64,000 bases of DNA from Anthoceros angustus. Taxonomy: Eukaryota > Plantae > Anthocerotophyta. The notes beneath the pieces were generated by a model, which saw only the letters and a list, made by a program, of their open reading frames with translations, did not search any database and was not told the DNA's origin. The stretch covers positions 124,001 through 188,000 of the forward strand of contig VJWM01000134.1 of NCBI GenBank assembly GCA_010909165.1. The letters are read 5' to 3'. Positions 1 to 11,700 of this stretch are shown in pieces (positions within the stretch are counted from its first letter, which is position 1; every line of letters begins with the position of its first letter). A program made the position numbers and the translations under genes.

Positions 1-130
1 GCAGGCAGACAGAAGGAAAGAATTGTGTCGGCTTCCTCATGCAAACCAGATGCAGGAAACGCTGCAACGCACAAACATCCAGCTTGGCCAGCTGAAACCG
101 TACAACCTGGTGCCAAGAATCCGGGGCCAC
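1..130 (-). pseudogene. PPR (PLS/E-class) remnant cut by the window edge; duplicate of 18763-18890
   Basis: Aligns base-for-base with 18763-18890, which continues on the minus strand into LSLLSACNHTGML (PPR L/S-type motif). Confidence 0.5.
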
Positions 131-250
131 AACACTACGGTGGTTAAGATTCTGGAAACAGGAAATCACAACACTACGGTTGTGCTGAGAGTTCAGCAAT
201 CCTAAGTTCACAACACTACAGTAGTTAAGATTCTACGGTAGTCAAAATTC
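128..250. repeat. Short degenerate repeat with core CACAACACTACGGT (3 cores, ~40 bp spacing); second copy at ~18890-19010
   Basis: Core seen at ~128, ~168 and ~208, with matching cores in the duplicated block. Confidence 0.6.
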
Positions 251-323
251 TGCATGGGCAGGCGAGTGACCAGATGGAACCACAAGTCCTGTTCCTTTGT
301 GATGGGGCTTCCTGAATTTCACC

Positions 324-2423
324 TCAGGCTGGCTGGAACGGGCGAGGACTTATTATTATTATGGACTCCTCCTTGAAAATGGCTGTTCTCTCAGCAAATC
401 CTGTGAGTTCCTTGTCAGAGACGCCGGCTCGTCTGTCAAGGAGCTCTGCCTCTGCCTTCGCAAGAGCTCTGGGCTGCAAGGATCCCTACACATTTGCGTG
501 TGGGGACCTCAATTGCTGCTGCAACCAGCAGTCCTAAACTAGAGGCTACTAGGACGATAATAAAAGGTGGCCAGTCATACTGGTCGAAGAATACCTGTGG
601 CAGGAAGGGCAAGCATCACAAGTTGGGACACGGACTTGTTGGTGAAAGTATGGGAGTAGAGCTTGCAGAGATACCAGATGCAAGGATTTGGACACGCTAG
701 TGTGCCATCCGTTGCTGCGGATGGCTGCATACACAATCACAGATATGAGTCCAGACAAGCAACCGCTAAGGGTTGACATGGGTGTCACTATGCGCTCAGC
801 CCAGTAGCCGGTGAACAGCCCTGACATTATGGGGAGTGCGGATGTGGTTGTCACGATGTTGCTCATGAGGAACAGGCTGTTGATATTGTAGCCCTGGGCA
901 AAGGGTGTACACGATAGGAGTCAGTGTTTGTCATCACTTCACCAACAGATCCAACAAGCAATGGCATGGTTTGCCTACCCTGCGTGATACCACGAGGCAT
1001 GGAACCGTTACAACAACCATCAACAGACGGCTCCACATAACGGACTGGTTTCGCAGAAACACGTCCGCAATGCAGTTGTGAGAGCATTTTGTAGAGAATC
1101 TCCAGCTGAGTCGCTCGTATAGTGACCCATACCATACCATCTGCAAGTGGACCACAAATAAGCTGGGGTTGTGCAATGCACACAAACAAACATGTATATG
1201 TTGAGACTACAGACACCAGGTAATGGCGACAGGGACAGTGCCACACCTGGACTCCATCGCTGTTCGTAAGCAACGTGAAGAAAATGGTGTTGCCGCACTC
1301 ATCTGGTCCAGAAGGCACAAACTTCCCAGACCAGGCTGCGATGTACCCACCGAATCCAAAAGGAAGCACACAAGAATCACCTAGTACACGGAGCATGAGC
1401 CTTTTAAGTGTTCCTGCTTAACCACATTGCCTTTTTCAACCCCAACATCAGATTAACATACAAGAGGACATTCATTACCTGGCAAGCTCCCAGAAAGCAC
1501 CCTGCTTCAACTTTCGGTCGCTGACAGATGCCATATCGCCTCACTGAACGACGAGGCGGATATCAGGAGATCGGCATAGTGGCAATCGAGGCATACCCTG
1601 CACAGTCAGCACGATATGATGGATTATACAGTCTTCCCTGCCGAGAAAGCAAGCCTTGCTGGCAAGCACACAGAGATTGTGTCCACAAATCGCTTCGCTG
1701 AAGAGCAGTTCCGGAGTCAGCGTCCTCCAGCATGTTCAGAATTGGATCCTACAACTAGTTCCAAGTGCACCAGACACCGCTATCGTACCTTCCTGACGAA
1801 GTCTGTGAAAGACATGACGTTCGGCAGCCTCCTGGTGATGTGGGCGCCAAAGAAACCCTGCAACAGAATGGGCAGGCCACAACCCACGGCGTAGCACACA
1901 AGCCCCACAATCCCTGCCTCACAGTTGAGCCATGAGTTCATGCTGATCATAGCAGAGATGAGCAGGCTTTCCTAGCCCCAGCACACCGCCACATCCAACC
2001 ACTCACTCACCATATGCGTAAGCGTAGGATGGGAGGGAGAAAATTGCCCATGGCCCCATCGCTGCAGCGTAGAAAGAGCCGGCAATCCTGAAAGCTCCAG
2101 CTGTTCCCCGTGCTGTCAAGAAGAATTCAGTGGTGTCCTTGCCCTGCATCCACCAGCCCAAGCGGGACCCTGGTCAGTCACACAGCCAGCCCTTCATGAC
2201 CTTGCTGGAACCAGACCCGGGCCCGAAACCCACCTCCATCACCTTCCGCTCCTGCCTGATGATAGCAAACACGAGCAAACACCCCGAAGCCCGTTACGGC
2301 CACAGAGCACAATACGTAGCTCCACAGAGCAAGCGCGGAAGCCATGGCCACCCCAGCAAGCGCCTGGCTTGCTGGGACCTCCTGCCATGCTCAGGAAAAC
2401 GAGAGAGGCAGCTCTTCGTCCAT
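324..2423 (-). pseudogene. Sodium:solute symporter (SSS/SSF) family transporter, copy 1, multi-exon, disrupted
   Basis: Minus-strand pieces read EFFLTARGTAGAFRIAGSFYAAAMGPWAIFS, GLVCYAVGCGLPILLQGFFGAHITRRLPNVMSFTDFVRK, MPIS(L)ISASSFSEAIW, FGFGGYIAAWSG, GDSLQNALTTAL, SGCLSGLISVIVYAAIR and DWPPFIIALVASSLG. This is the order of SSS transmembrane segments. In-frame TGA at 2391-2393 where copy 2 has CGA; stop at 324-326. Confidence 0.7.
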
Positions 2424-4631
2424 TCCCGCCAGTTCGTATGCGTCAATTCCGATTGAAGTTAGCCCTCGCCGCCAAAATCTTGCGCTACGTTGGGGACGTG
2501 CAAAGTGGGTAGATTCACGGTTGCTGGGTCTCTGAACCTTCCAATGCACCTCTTTGACTTGCTACGTAGCTGTCAGCAACTGCTGAATGCGCAATCCCTG
2601 CCCTCTCGCTGCTGGCTTTGGTTTTGTGTTTCCTCCTGCCTGCCCTCAGACTCTAACACCCCTCCATCCTCTCCCCAGGCCCACCATTGTCTCTCCCACA
2701 CACCTGCCCTAACGTCCTCAGCTCGATTCACAAGGACTGGCCCTGGCTTCCCTATCTCACTCCGCGGGCTGTTCCAATGCTCAGCTTCAGGCAAGTCTTC
2801 AAGCTCCAACGTAACATAGGTGTGTTAGCTGTGTAGTACCAGGTATGCTCGCGTTTTGCTCTCAGCTCCCTTCACTCGATCATTGACAATCACTCAAACC
2901 AATGAGACAATCACTCAAATCGATGACAATCACCCAAACAAGAATCGCACAATCTCAACAGGGGCTGCCCTGTTTTATGCGACTTCTGCTTCTCCGATCC
3001 CTGCTTGCATGCCATGCCCGCAGAAAGAGGCGTCACAACAGGCTCGATCCGACTAGCATCTGTCAAACAAGGGCTGCCTAACCCCTGCATTGGCAGCTGC
3101 GGCACCAAGGCATTTGTGATACGAATGCCATCACGGATTACGCACCACTGTTTGGTCCCACCCACACCGTCCTCACATTCGACACAACACGTCCTCACTA
3201 GACTCCTCCTAAAATCAGGAGTGAACATATATCATTTCCAACGCAATTCGGGAAGGACGCTCCCCAAAGTTCAACCCAATTTTGCCAAGAAATCGCAGTA
3301 GCTAATCTCGTCGGAGCACATGGCCGGCTAAATCTCAGTTCCCGAGGCCGGGCGGGATGCACCAACAAGCAGCCACTTCAGCTCCCTGCTCGTTGTGAAG
3401 AAAACTTCCTTGGGAGGCCCAGATTCATTCTCCTTCAGTGATCGGCTACTGTGTCACACCTCCAAATCTCGGCCATGCATATGGGACCACCTGGCACCAC
3501 AAAACCTGATCCAGGCTACGGTTGAATCTACCTCCCGAGCACGTCTAGGACAGATGTTTCCTGGACATGTTGGCCATGTTACTTCACACAGAGGAAGGAC
3601 GCGCTCTCGACTCAAGCTTTCCCCAGCTGTTGCTCACCGAGAGCTTTGTCAAATCGTCCTAGATACAGTTTCAGAGCTAATCTTGGGAAATCGGTCATTG
3701 CTATCTGCCATTATTTCCACACTTGTAACTGCTACAGATGATGGCACACAATGACAGGGTGTCTCCACATCTATTTCCTATTCTACAGACTCTACACTCT
3801 ACCCTGCAGGCCACTGGACAGATGTTCCAGTTAGTTTGTCAGATCAATTCCTCACCAACCACAGTGGAGTTGGATTACCCTCAGCATTTCATGATATGCT
3901 GCCATTCTTGATCCTGATGTAGTCTTCGGGCCGGAATCAACAGCAAGAATTTGAGCGCTAGCGTTTCCTACTGAATGATGAGTGCTAGGATCGTAGAAAG
4001 CGCACGAGGGTATGAGCCAACCTTTGGAATAAGAGCTCCATCAGAGGTCAACCCCGTTGACTTAGACTCTTCAAAACTCACTTTGTGACCTCTGACATTC
4101 ACATACAGTACGAAGGACGAGCTCTCGACTCCATCTTTCCCGATACATGCTCAGCTGCAGTCAATCTCTCAACGAACGCTTTGCCGATTCGTTTTCAATT
4201 TCAGAGCTCACAGACCATGGCCAGGAAATCAATCATTCCAACTTGCCACTGTTCGCGCACTTGTAACTGCTACAGAAATTGGCACACGGATGACCGTGTG
4301 TCTCAAAATTCATCTCCTTAGTCATGATACACACTGCAGGCCCCTGGACAGTGGATGCCACAACTTGCTGCTGCTGCCGCCAGCCAATGTTCACAACAGG
4401 TGAACTCGTTCGCGGGATCTTCTTCAAATCCTTTGAGTAGCGAGCAGCGGCCCATGGCCATGGCAATGGAGAAGAAGCAATGCAATGTACAAGAATTCAA
4501 GAGTTCTGCGACATGGTATGAAAAGCCAGCACCTTACATAGTGGCCACTAGCCACACTGGTGACAACCAGTGTCACCTATTGCATACTTGCCTTCTCATC
4601 CTCCTAACATTGAGCAGCAGAAATCGATCCA

Positions 4632-5206
4632 TCAAGGACAGAAGATGACATTGTAGTTGGTGCCGTGGGGGCAAGTGAAGGTGGAGGTGGCGTCGTCGAA
4701 GTTGTAGCTGTAGGAGGAGGGGCAGGCGGCCTTGAACAGGCGGGTGCCGTCCGAGGGGCCTCGGCCGGCGGTGCCGTCGGTATTGATGCAGGAGAGCGCG
4801 CCGGAGGGGCAGGCTCAGCAGCTGGTTGTTGGCGCCGCAGAAGGAGGGATGTCGGGGATGGAGCAGGAAGGTGCGCCGCAGCCGCTGGCGACGGGCTGGA
4901 TCTTGAGGCCGATGGTGTAGGCGTTCACGTTGCTCACGTCGTAGAAGTCGGTGGGGCTTGCCAGGTTGAATTCAGCCAAATCGGCCAGGTTCTTGTCGTT
5001 GGCGGCGGCAGGGTTTCCTCCGGGCGCCACGCACTGCCCTCGCACCGACGCCCATATGCTCGCGGACGGCCAGCTGCAAGCGGACCCGAAGTCCAGGGTC
5101 TGCGACTGGCCCGCAGCCAGCTGGAACTGCGCGACAGGGTCGGCCCTGGATTGCACGCAGCTGGTGATGGAGTAGGGGCACTGGTTCTGTATCTGCACGT
5201 AGCACC
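4632..5206 (-). CDS. Thaumatin-like protein exon 2, copy A (complete to native stop, no adjacent exon 1)
   Basis: CAG acceptor at 5209-5207, then [12 protein letters not shown]...LAEFNL...[10 protein letters not shown]...[30 protein letters not shown]. Stop at 4632-4634; two small indels near 4810-4850. Confidence 0.85.
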
Positions 5207-5420
5207 CTGCGCTTTCATCCACCATTCCACACATTCAAACAAACAAACATGTTAAGAACGTTTGAGGGCACAAGTTCTAGTTAATCCTCTAGACCTCAAA
5301 ATGACAATGAATAATGTAATATATGCTTCATCAATCTGCACAAAGCAAGTAGATGACTGCATATAACTCAACATGAGAATGAATAATGTAATACATGCTT
5401 CATCAATCTGCAAAGCAAGT

Positions 5421-6293
5421 AGATGACATTGTAGTTGGTGCCGTGGGGGCAAGTGAAGGTGGAGGTGGCGTCGTCGAAGTTGTAGCTGTAGGAGGAGGGG
5501 CAGGCGGCCTTGAACAGGCGGGTGCCGTCCGAGGGGCCTCGGCCGGCGGTGCCGTCGGTATTGATGCAGGAGAGCGCGCCGGAGGCAGGCTCAGCAGCTG
5601 GTTGTTGGCGCCGCAGAAGGAGGGATGTCGGGGATGGAGCAGGAAGGTGCGCCGCAGCCGCTGGCGACGGGCTGGATCTTGAGGCCGATGGTGTAGGCGT
5701 TCACGTTGCTCACGTCGTAGAAGTCGGTGGGGCTTGCCAGGTTGAATTCAGCCAAATCGGCCAGGTTCTTGTCGTTGGCGGCGGCAGGGTTTCCTCCGGC
5801 CACGCACTGCCCTCGCACCGACGCCCATATGCTCGCGGACGGCCAGCTGCAAGCGGACCCGAAGTCCAGGGTCTGCGACTGGCCCGCAGCCAGCTGGAAC
5901 TGCGCGACAGGGTCGGCCCTGGATTGCACGCAGCTGGTGATGGAGTAGGGGCACTGGTTCTGTATCTGCACGTAGCACCCTGCGCTTTCATCCACCATTC
6001 CACACATTCAAACAAACAAACATGTTAAGAACGTTTGAGGGCACAAGTTCTAGTTAATCCTCTAGACCTCAAAATGACAATGAATAATGTAATATATGCT
6101 TCATCAATCTGCACAAAGCAAGTAGATGACTGCATATAACTCAACATGAGAATGAATAATGTAATACATGCTTCATCAATCTGCACAAAGCAAGTAGATG
6201 ACTGCATATAAGCTGCGAGATGCACCTTGCAGCGGTCATCAGCAGCTAGTTGCCACCGACCAGAGAACCCCACAGATTGGATCCGCTGGCCAT
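5421..6293 (-). CDS. Thaumatin-like protein, copy B (signal-peptide exon 6293-6226, intron, exon 2 from 5979); last codons replaced by intron sequence
   Basis: ATG at 6293 in the same CTACAAG/TTACAAG-ATGGCCAGC context as copy C, and G|GTGCA donor. Exon 2 is nearly identical to copy A but joins intron sequence at AGATGAC (5421-5427), losing FCP*. Confidence 0.75.
6078..6212. repeat. ~70 bp tandem duplication inside the TLP intron (also at ~5305-5427)
   Basis: AATGAATAATGTAAT..ATGCTTCATCAATCTGCACAAAGCAAGTAGATGACTGCATATAA occurs twice in succession. Confidence 0.8.
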
Positions 6294-6339
6294 CTTGTAG
6301 TAGAATCGTGCGTACGTGGAAGCATGTGCATGTGTGGGA

Positions 6340-6870
6340 CATCAATAAATTAAGAGTTGTGTAAATATCATGTTCAAGTACAATAGATAAACCTAAAACA
6401 CTAACCTATAGAAAAATGATGACGTTGAGATGATACTTGAACTTCTTTTAGTATACTCACACATATATAGGCAAAGTAAGAACACGTGGGTTCGACATAT
6501 TTTGCTCTCTCTCGATGATGGCTCTAAAAGTTTCTTTTAATGTGTTTAATGTAATTGAAGGGACAGAGCTCTTGATGAATCCCTTAAGAGTCTACAAGGT
6601 TAGTTGAACTATAACATTATTCACAACAAGGCCATTATTACCGATTAATGCTACTACATACATGAAGACAGCTCTTGCAAATGAAGTACTCTTGGCGCAA
6701 ATTGTGAAATTTATCGGTGTTCGGTAAGCATAAATTATAGGCTATCACCCCAATTGAACCGGCAATTGCGGTGTCACTCCAGCAGAACTAACAATTGGAT
6801 TGTTGATCAATCCAACTACGGATTGTTGATCAATCCAACTTTAGATTGTTGATCAATCCAGGCGATAGAT
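6340..6870. repeat. ~500 bp dispersed repeat, copy 1 (copy 2 at ~14750-15220, same orientation); ends in three 22-24 bp near-palindromic units GGATTGTTGATCAATCC
   Basis: Shared strings TGTTCAAGTACAATAG, CCTAAAACACTAACCTATAGAA, TGAATCCCTTAAGAGTCTACAAG and GAACTATAACATTATTCACAACAAG. Boundaries approximate. Confidence 0.75.
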
Positions 6871-7214
6871 GAGCGGATAGATTCAATTAGCCACAACTCA
6901 TGTACACAAAACTCCTTCTTCATGAAAGCTTCAGACGTGTGCAGAAAGGCGACAAAATGCCCCAACACTTGTAATGAAAACAAAAACCATGTGAGATTCC
7001 TATAAAGCTCGGTTGAGTCCTATCATGCGTTGTAGTAGTCTTTTCGGCACATAATTTAGGTTGTCACCATGTCACGGAACCGCCCTATAACACCATAGTG
7101 CCCTCCAACACTCCGGGCAAATTAAGCAAGCACATGCTATATAACATAGTCCGATCCTGCATATAGAACCTTCCCAAACATCTCACAATCACATTCATCG
7201 GACGATTATGCAGG

Positions 7215-7515
7215 GCGTGGTTACGTATCTACACGTAGCACCACGCACTTTCGTCCACCATCCCACACAAACAACCAAACAAACATAGAAATAAACAAAG
7301 CGAGTTAGAGCGTTTGCGCTGATTTAGTCAATCCTCTAGAGTTCGGGATCGATTCAATAATGTATGCTTCATCAATCTGCGAGAAGCAAGTAGTCGATGT
7401 AATGCAGTCGGTGGCTTAGATAATTGCGAGATGCACCTTGCAGTGTGGCCATCAGTGCCACGAGCGCTAATACAAGAACCCACTGCGTTGGAACTAGATC
7501 CACTAGCCATCTCAT
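7215..7515 (-). pseudogene. TLP 5' remnant (copy E): signal-peptide exon, intron and first codons of exon 2
   Basis: ATG 7515 gives MRWLVDLVPTQWVLVLALVALMATLQG with a G|GTGCA donor at 7437. The acceptor is mutated (CAG to CGT), and homology stops after about GCYV.I.N. Confidence 0.7.
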
Positions 7516-7759
7516 GAGAATCGAAGAAATGCTGGGAGTATGTGCCTCCTAGGAGTCGAGCATGTCTTTGTGGTGATCGGAAAATCGTAGCTAGTGCGGT
7601 GGAGATGAGAGCAAAAGTTTGAAGACGGTGAGCCATCATTGCCTCTGCGAGCTTATATGGGCTGCGGTCAATGGGTGGTGGCGGCTAGATCTAGATGGGG
7701 AGGTGAGTAGGTATCCATGGCTTGCATCGATATCACCACTTCCTTCCAAGTTCGCCTCT

Positions 7760-8190
7760 TTCCTGGCGAGAGCCGCTTATGTGGCTCTCTTTCCCTCATT
7801 ATCCACATGTTCACGATCTCAGGAACCCGAGTCCCGAGGCCACTTGTCTGATAAGCCGAGGCCTTGTCTGCACCGATTGACCAGCGTCAAAGCAAAGGGA
7901 AAATAGTTTCATACACGTATGCAAATTGTACTTGTTATGCAAATGGTTAAAAAACCGATTTTCACTCTTTCCTGGCGAGCCGCTCATGTCGGCTCTCTTT
8001 CCATCTCATTATCCACATGTTCACGATCTACAGGAACCAGGTCCCAGAGGCCACTTGTGCTGAAGCCAAACTGAGGCCTTGTCTACCGATTGACCCTGTG
8101 CGTCCAAAGCAAAGGGAAAATAGTTTCATACAGGTATGCAAATTGTATTTGTTACGCAAATGGTTAAAAAAACCGATTTTCACTCTTTTT
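7760..8190. repeat. ~210 bp tandem duplication
   Basis: CATTATCCACATGTTCACGATCT...GGGAAAATAGTTTCATACA...AAAAAACCGATTTTCACTCTTT occurs twice in succession. Confidence 0.8.
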
Positions 8191-8799
8191 CCTTGGAAAA
8201 TTTTAAATATTTGTAGTAGTTTCTCACAAGACACCTTATCTATATATAGCAATCTACTACAACAATTATTGCAAATGAGCTTCCGACAACTCTTATAATT
8301 CAGCTAACATGACAAGTCTACACTTTAGTAGCTCTTACAATGTTGATTACAACAACAATTTGAATGACAATCCAAGATACCGATAAGCGTCGTTTTTAAT
8401 AGTTTTGAGGCAACATATTACTATTATATTCAACCAATTGAGAGGCTTGTCAATGAGATGTTTATCCTCCAACGTTCTCTACATCAACTTCGCATGCTAT
8501 TGTTGTTTTTGTTGTGAACTTTGTCACTTAAAGGATTACAAATAGTGCCGTATAAACTACGGGTGGTCAATGTTGTTGTCGGTATCTGGAGGTCCAATGT
8601 TGAGCGGTGATTGTCATTTACAAAATTGTAGGAAATCTTGGACTAGGTTGAATACCAATTTCGGATGCCGTTGTGGGAGATTTGCTTTTTCGACTAGATT
8701 GCATTAAAATTTGAATGATCTATGATTAGTGCTAAAGTCGCATCCAAGATAATTGCTTCAAATACATCACCATGAAATTAATCACCTACACTACAAGAG

Positions 8800-11700
8800 A
8801 GGAAATGAAAAGGAAAGAACAATAAATCTAGTACCTCCTTTTGGTGGGAGAGGCTGTTCCATCCGAGGAGGTATGTTGGTCGAGGTATAATCAGGTTGGC
8901 GGGTCGTCTATTCTTGAACATGGGAGGGCCAATTGGCGTGGGAGGTATAATCGCCCTAGGTGGTATAATAGGCATAGGAGTTACAATTTGCCAATGAAGT
9001 ACCATAAATCAGTGTTAAAATCACATGCAAATTTGCTCCAAGGTACTTACATGAAACTAGTCTCTCCTAGAATGAGGGAGGCCTATAGAAAAATAAAAAT
9101 AAACAAAAAGGAACTTAAGTGTACCTATTTCTAGATCTTGATCCGAGAACTCGCGAGCTCGCTAGTGAAGGAGTTATATTCGACACGGAAGATATCATAT
9201 GTTAGTATAGAGATCACATCCAAGTTTGCTTCAATTGTTGCCATGAAACTAAGGGTGGAGGCACCCTTTACATTTGTCTTGTCGACCTTTCCGGAGATAC
9301 ATCGTTCGCCCATGACACTCTAGCCCTCCTTCTACACGATGGCAGTTGATCTACATCTGTTAATCCTTGCCCCTGTTGCGATCAAATCTACCGTCCCGGT
9401 GGTACAATGCATAGGAAGCACAATCGACCTAGAAGGTTCATTCGGCAGAGAAGGTTCATTCGGCGGAAAACATTCATTTGGTGCAGAAGGTTCATCCGGC
9501 AGTGAAGGTTCATTCGGTGGTGAAAGTACATTTTGCCTACCGGATATGATCCCCCTATGAGATACCATAGATCAGTGTTAAAATCACATGCAAGTTTACT
9601 TCAAACCATACAGAAACTAATCATGAGCTGCAATAAGAAAGGCTCAAGAAAGAAAAATGAAAAGAAACTTGTATCTTGTGCTTTGCTTGATCGAGAACTC
9701 GCGAGCTCGCTAGTGAAGGAGTTATATTCGACACGGAAGGTATCGTATGTTAGTGTAGAATCACGGCAAAGTTTGCTTCAATTGTTGCCATGAAACTAAG
9801 GGTGCAGATACCCTTTAAATTTGTCTTGTCAACCTTTGTGGAGAGGCGTTGTTTGCCCATGACACTCTTGCCCTCTTGCTACGTGATGGCAGTTGATCCA
9901 CATCTGTTGATCCTTGCCCTCTTGTAGTCAAATCAACGGGCCACAGTGGTACAAGCAATGTAGTAAGCACAATCGATGTAGAAGGTTCATTTGGTAGAGA
10001 AGGTTCGTTCGGTGGAGAAGGTTCATTTGGTGCGAGAAGGTTCATTCGGTAGACGCATTTGGCGGCAGATACAATCCCCTACGAGATACCATAGATCAAT
10101 GTTAAAATCACATGCAAGTTTACTTCAAGCAGCGAGCTCTTAACCTAATCATGACGCAATGAGGAAGGCTTAGGAAAGGGAAAAAAGAAAGAAAAATGAA
10201 AAGAAACTTGTACCATTGTTTGATCCGAGAATTAAGCTCGTTGGTGTAGGAGGTATATTCGACCTGGAAGATATTATATATTAGCACATGTGCAGAGATC
10301 ATATATCCAAGTTTGCTTCAATTGTTGCCAAGAAAATAAGGGGCAGAACCCTTTGTCTTGTCGACCTTTACGGAGGTACATTGTTTGTCGATGACACTCT
10401 TGCCCTTACGCTGTCACGGCGCAGTTGATCCTCGTGCTGATCCTTGCCCTCTTGTAGTCAAATCAACCGCTACCGCCACAGTGGTACAAGCAATGTAGTA
10501 GGCACAATCGATGTAGAAGGTTCATTTGGTAGAGAAGGTTCGTTCGGTGGAGAAGGTTCATTCGGCGAAGGTTCATTCGTGGAAAACATTCATTTGGCGG
10601 ATACAATCCCCTACGAGATACCATAGATCAATGTTAAAATCACATGCAAGTTTACTTCAAGCAGACTCTTAACCTAATCATGAGCTGCAATAAGAAAGGC
10701 TCAAGAAAGAAAAATGAAAAGAAAAATGAAAAGAAACTTGTACCATTGTTTGATCCGAGAACTCGCGAGCTCGCTAGTGAAGGAGTTATATTCGACCTGG
10801 AAGATATTATATATTAGCACATGCGAGATCATATATCCAAGTTTGCTTCAATTGTTGCCAAGAAAATAAGGGGAGGAACCCTTTGTCTTGTCGACCTTTA
10901 CGGAGGTACATTGTTTGTCGATGACACTCTTGCCCTCTTGCTACGTGATGGCAGTTGATCCTCGTCCTTGTGATCTTTGCCCTATTCTTTGGCGAATCAA
11001 TCGGTGCCACCACTCTCTCATCAAGGTTGTTAAGATTTTTATAAGAACCAATCCTTCATATTCGCGACTTCTTACGCTATGACCTTGCAATTAATGCTGC
11101 AAAACCAATCCGAATGCGGGTCACGGTTTCCAATGTTACATCACATGTTTTGCACACTAATTCTTTCCCATTTGGTTTTCCCTTACATTCTTGGTTCCCA
11201 AGAAAATATACTTCATAATTATTAGATCGACAAGTACGGATATGATCCCCTATGAGATACCATAGATCGGTGTTAAAATCACATGCAAGTTTACTTCAAC
11301 CACTTACGAAACTAATCATGAGCTGCAATAAGAAAGGCTCAAGAAAGAAAAATGAAACTTGTCTTGTGCTTGATCCGAGAACTCGCGAGCTCGCTAGTGA
11401 AGGAGTTATATTCGACCGGAAGGTATCGTATGTTAGTGTAGAATCACGGCAAAGTTTGCTTCAATTGTTGCCATGAAACTAAGGGTGATACCCTTTAAAT
11501 TTGTCTTGTCAACCTTTGTGGAGGCGTTGTTTGCCCATGACACTCTTGCCCTCTTGCTACGTGATGGCAGTTGATCCACATCTGTTGATCCTTGCCCTCT
11601 TGTAGTCAAATCAACCGGCCACAGTGGTACAAGCAATGTAGTAAGCACAATCGATGTAGAAGGTTCATTTGGTAGAGAAGGTTCGTTCGGTGGAGAAGGT

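Noticed and set aside
2391-2393. TGA versus CGA between transporter copies as U-to-C editing or readthrough
   Set aside because: Such editing is organellar; a CpG transition or sequencing error is simpler.
4800-4860. Shared early TGA (...APTTSC*) in all TLP copies suggesting programmed frameshifting or truncated proteins
   Set aside because: The causal indels fall in C/G homopolymers and differ between copies A/D, B and C. Restoring them gives the normal TLP C-terminus, and the whole window shows this error pattern.
4665-6028. Plus-strand Gly/Ala/Val-rich ORFs (196 and 172 aa; also 23425-24018, and 16788-17360 on minus)
   Set aside because: Antisense shadows of GC3-rich TLP coding sequence.
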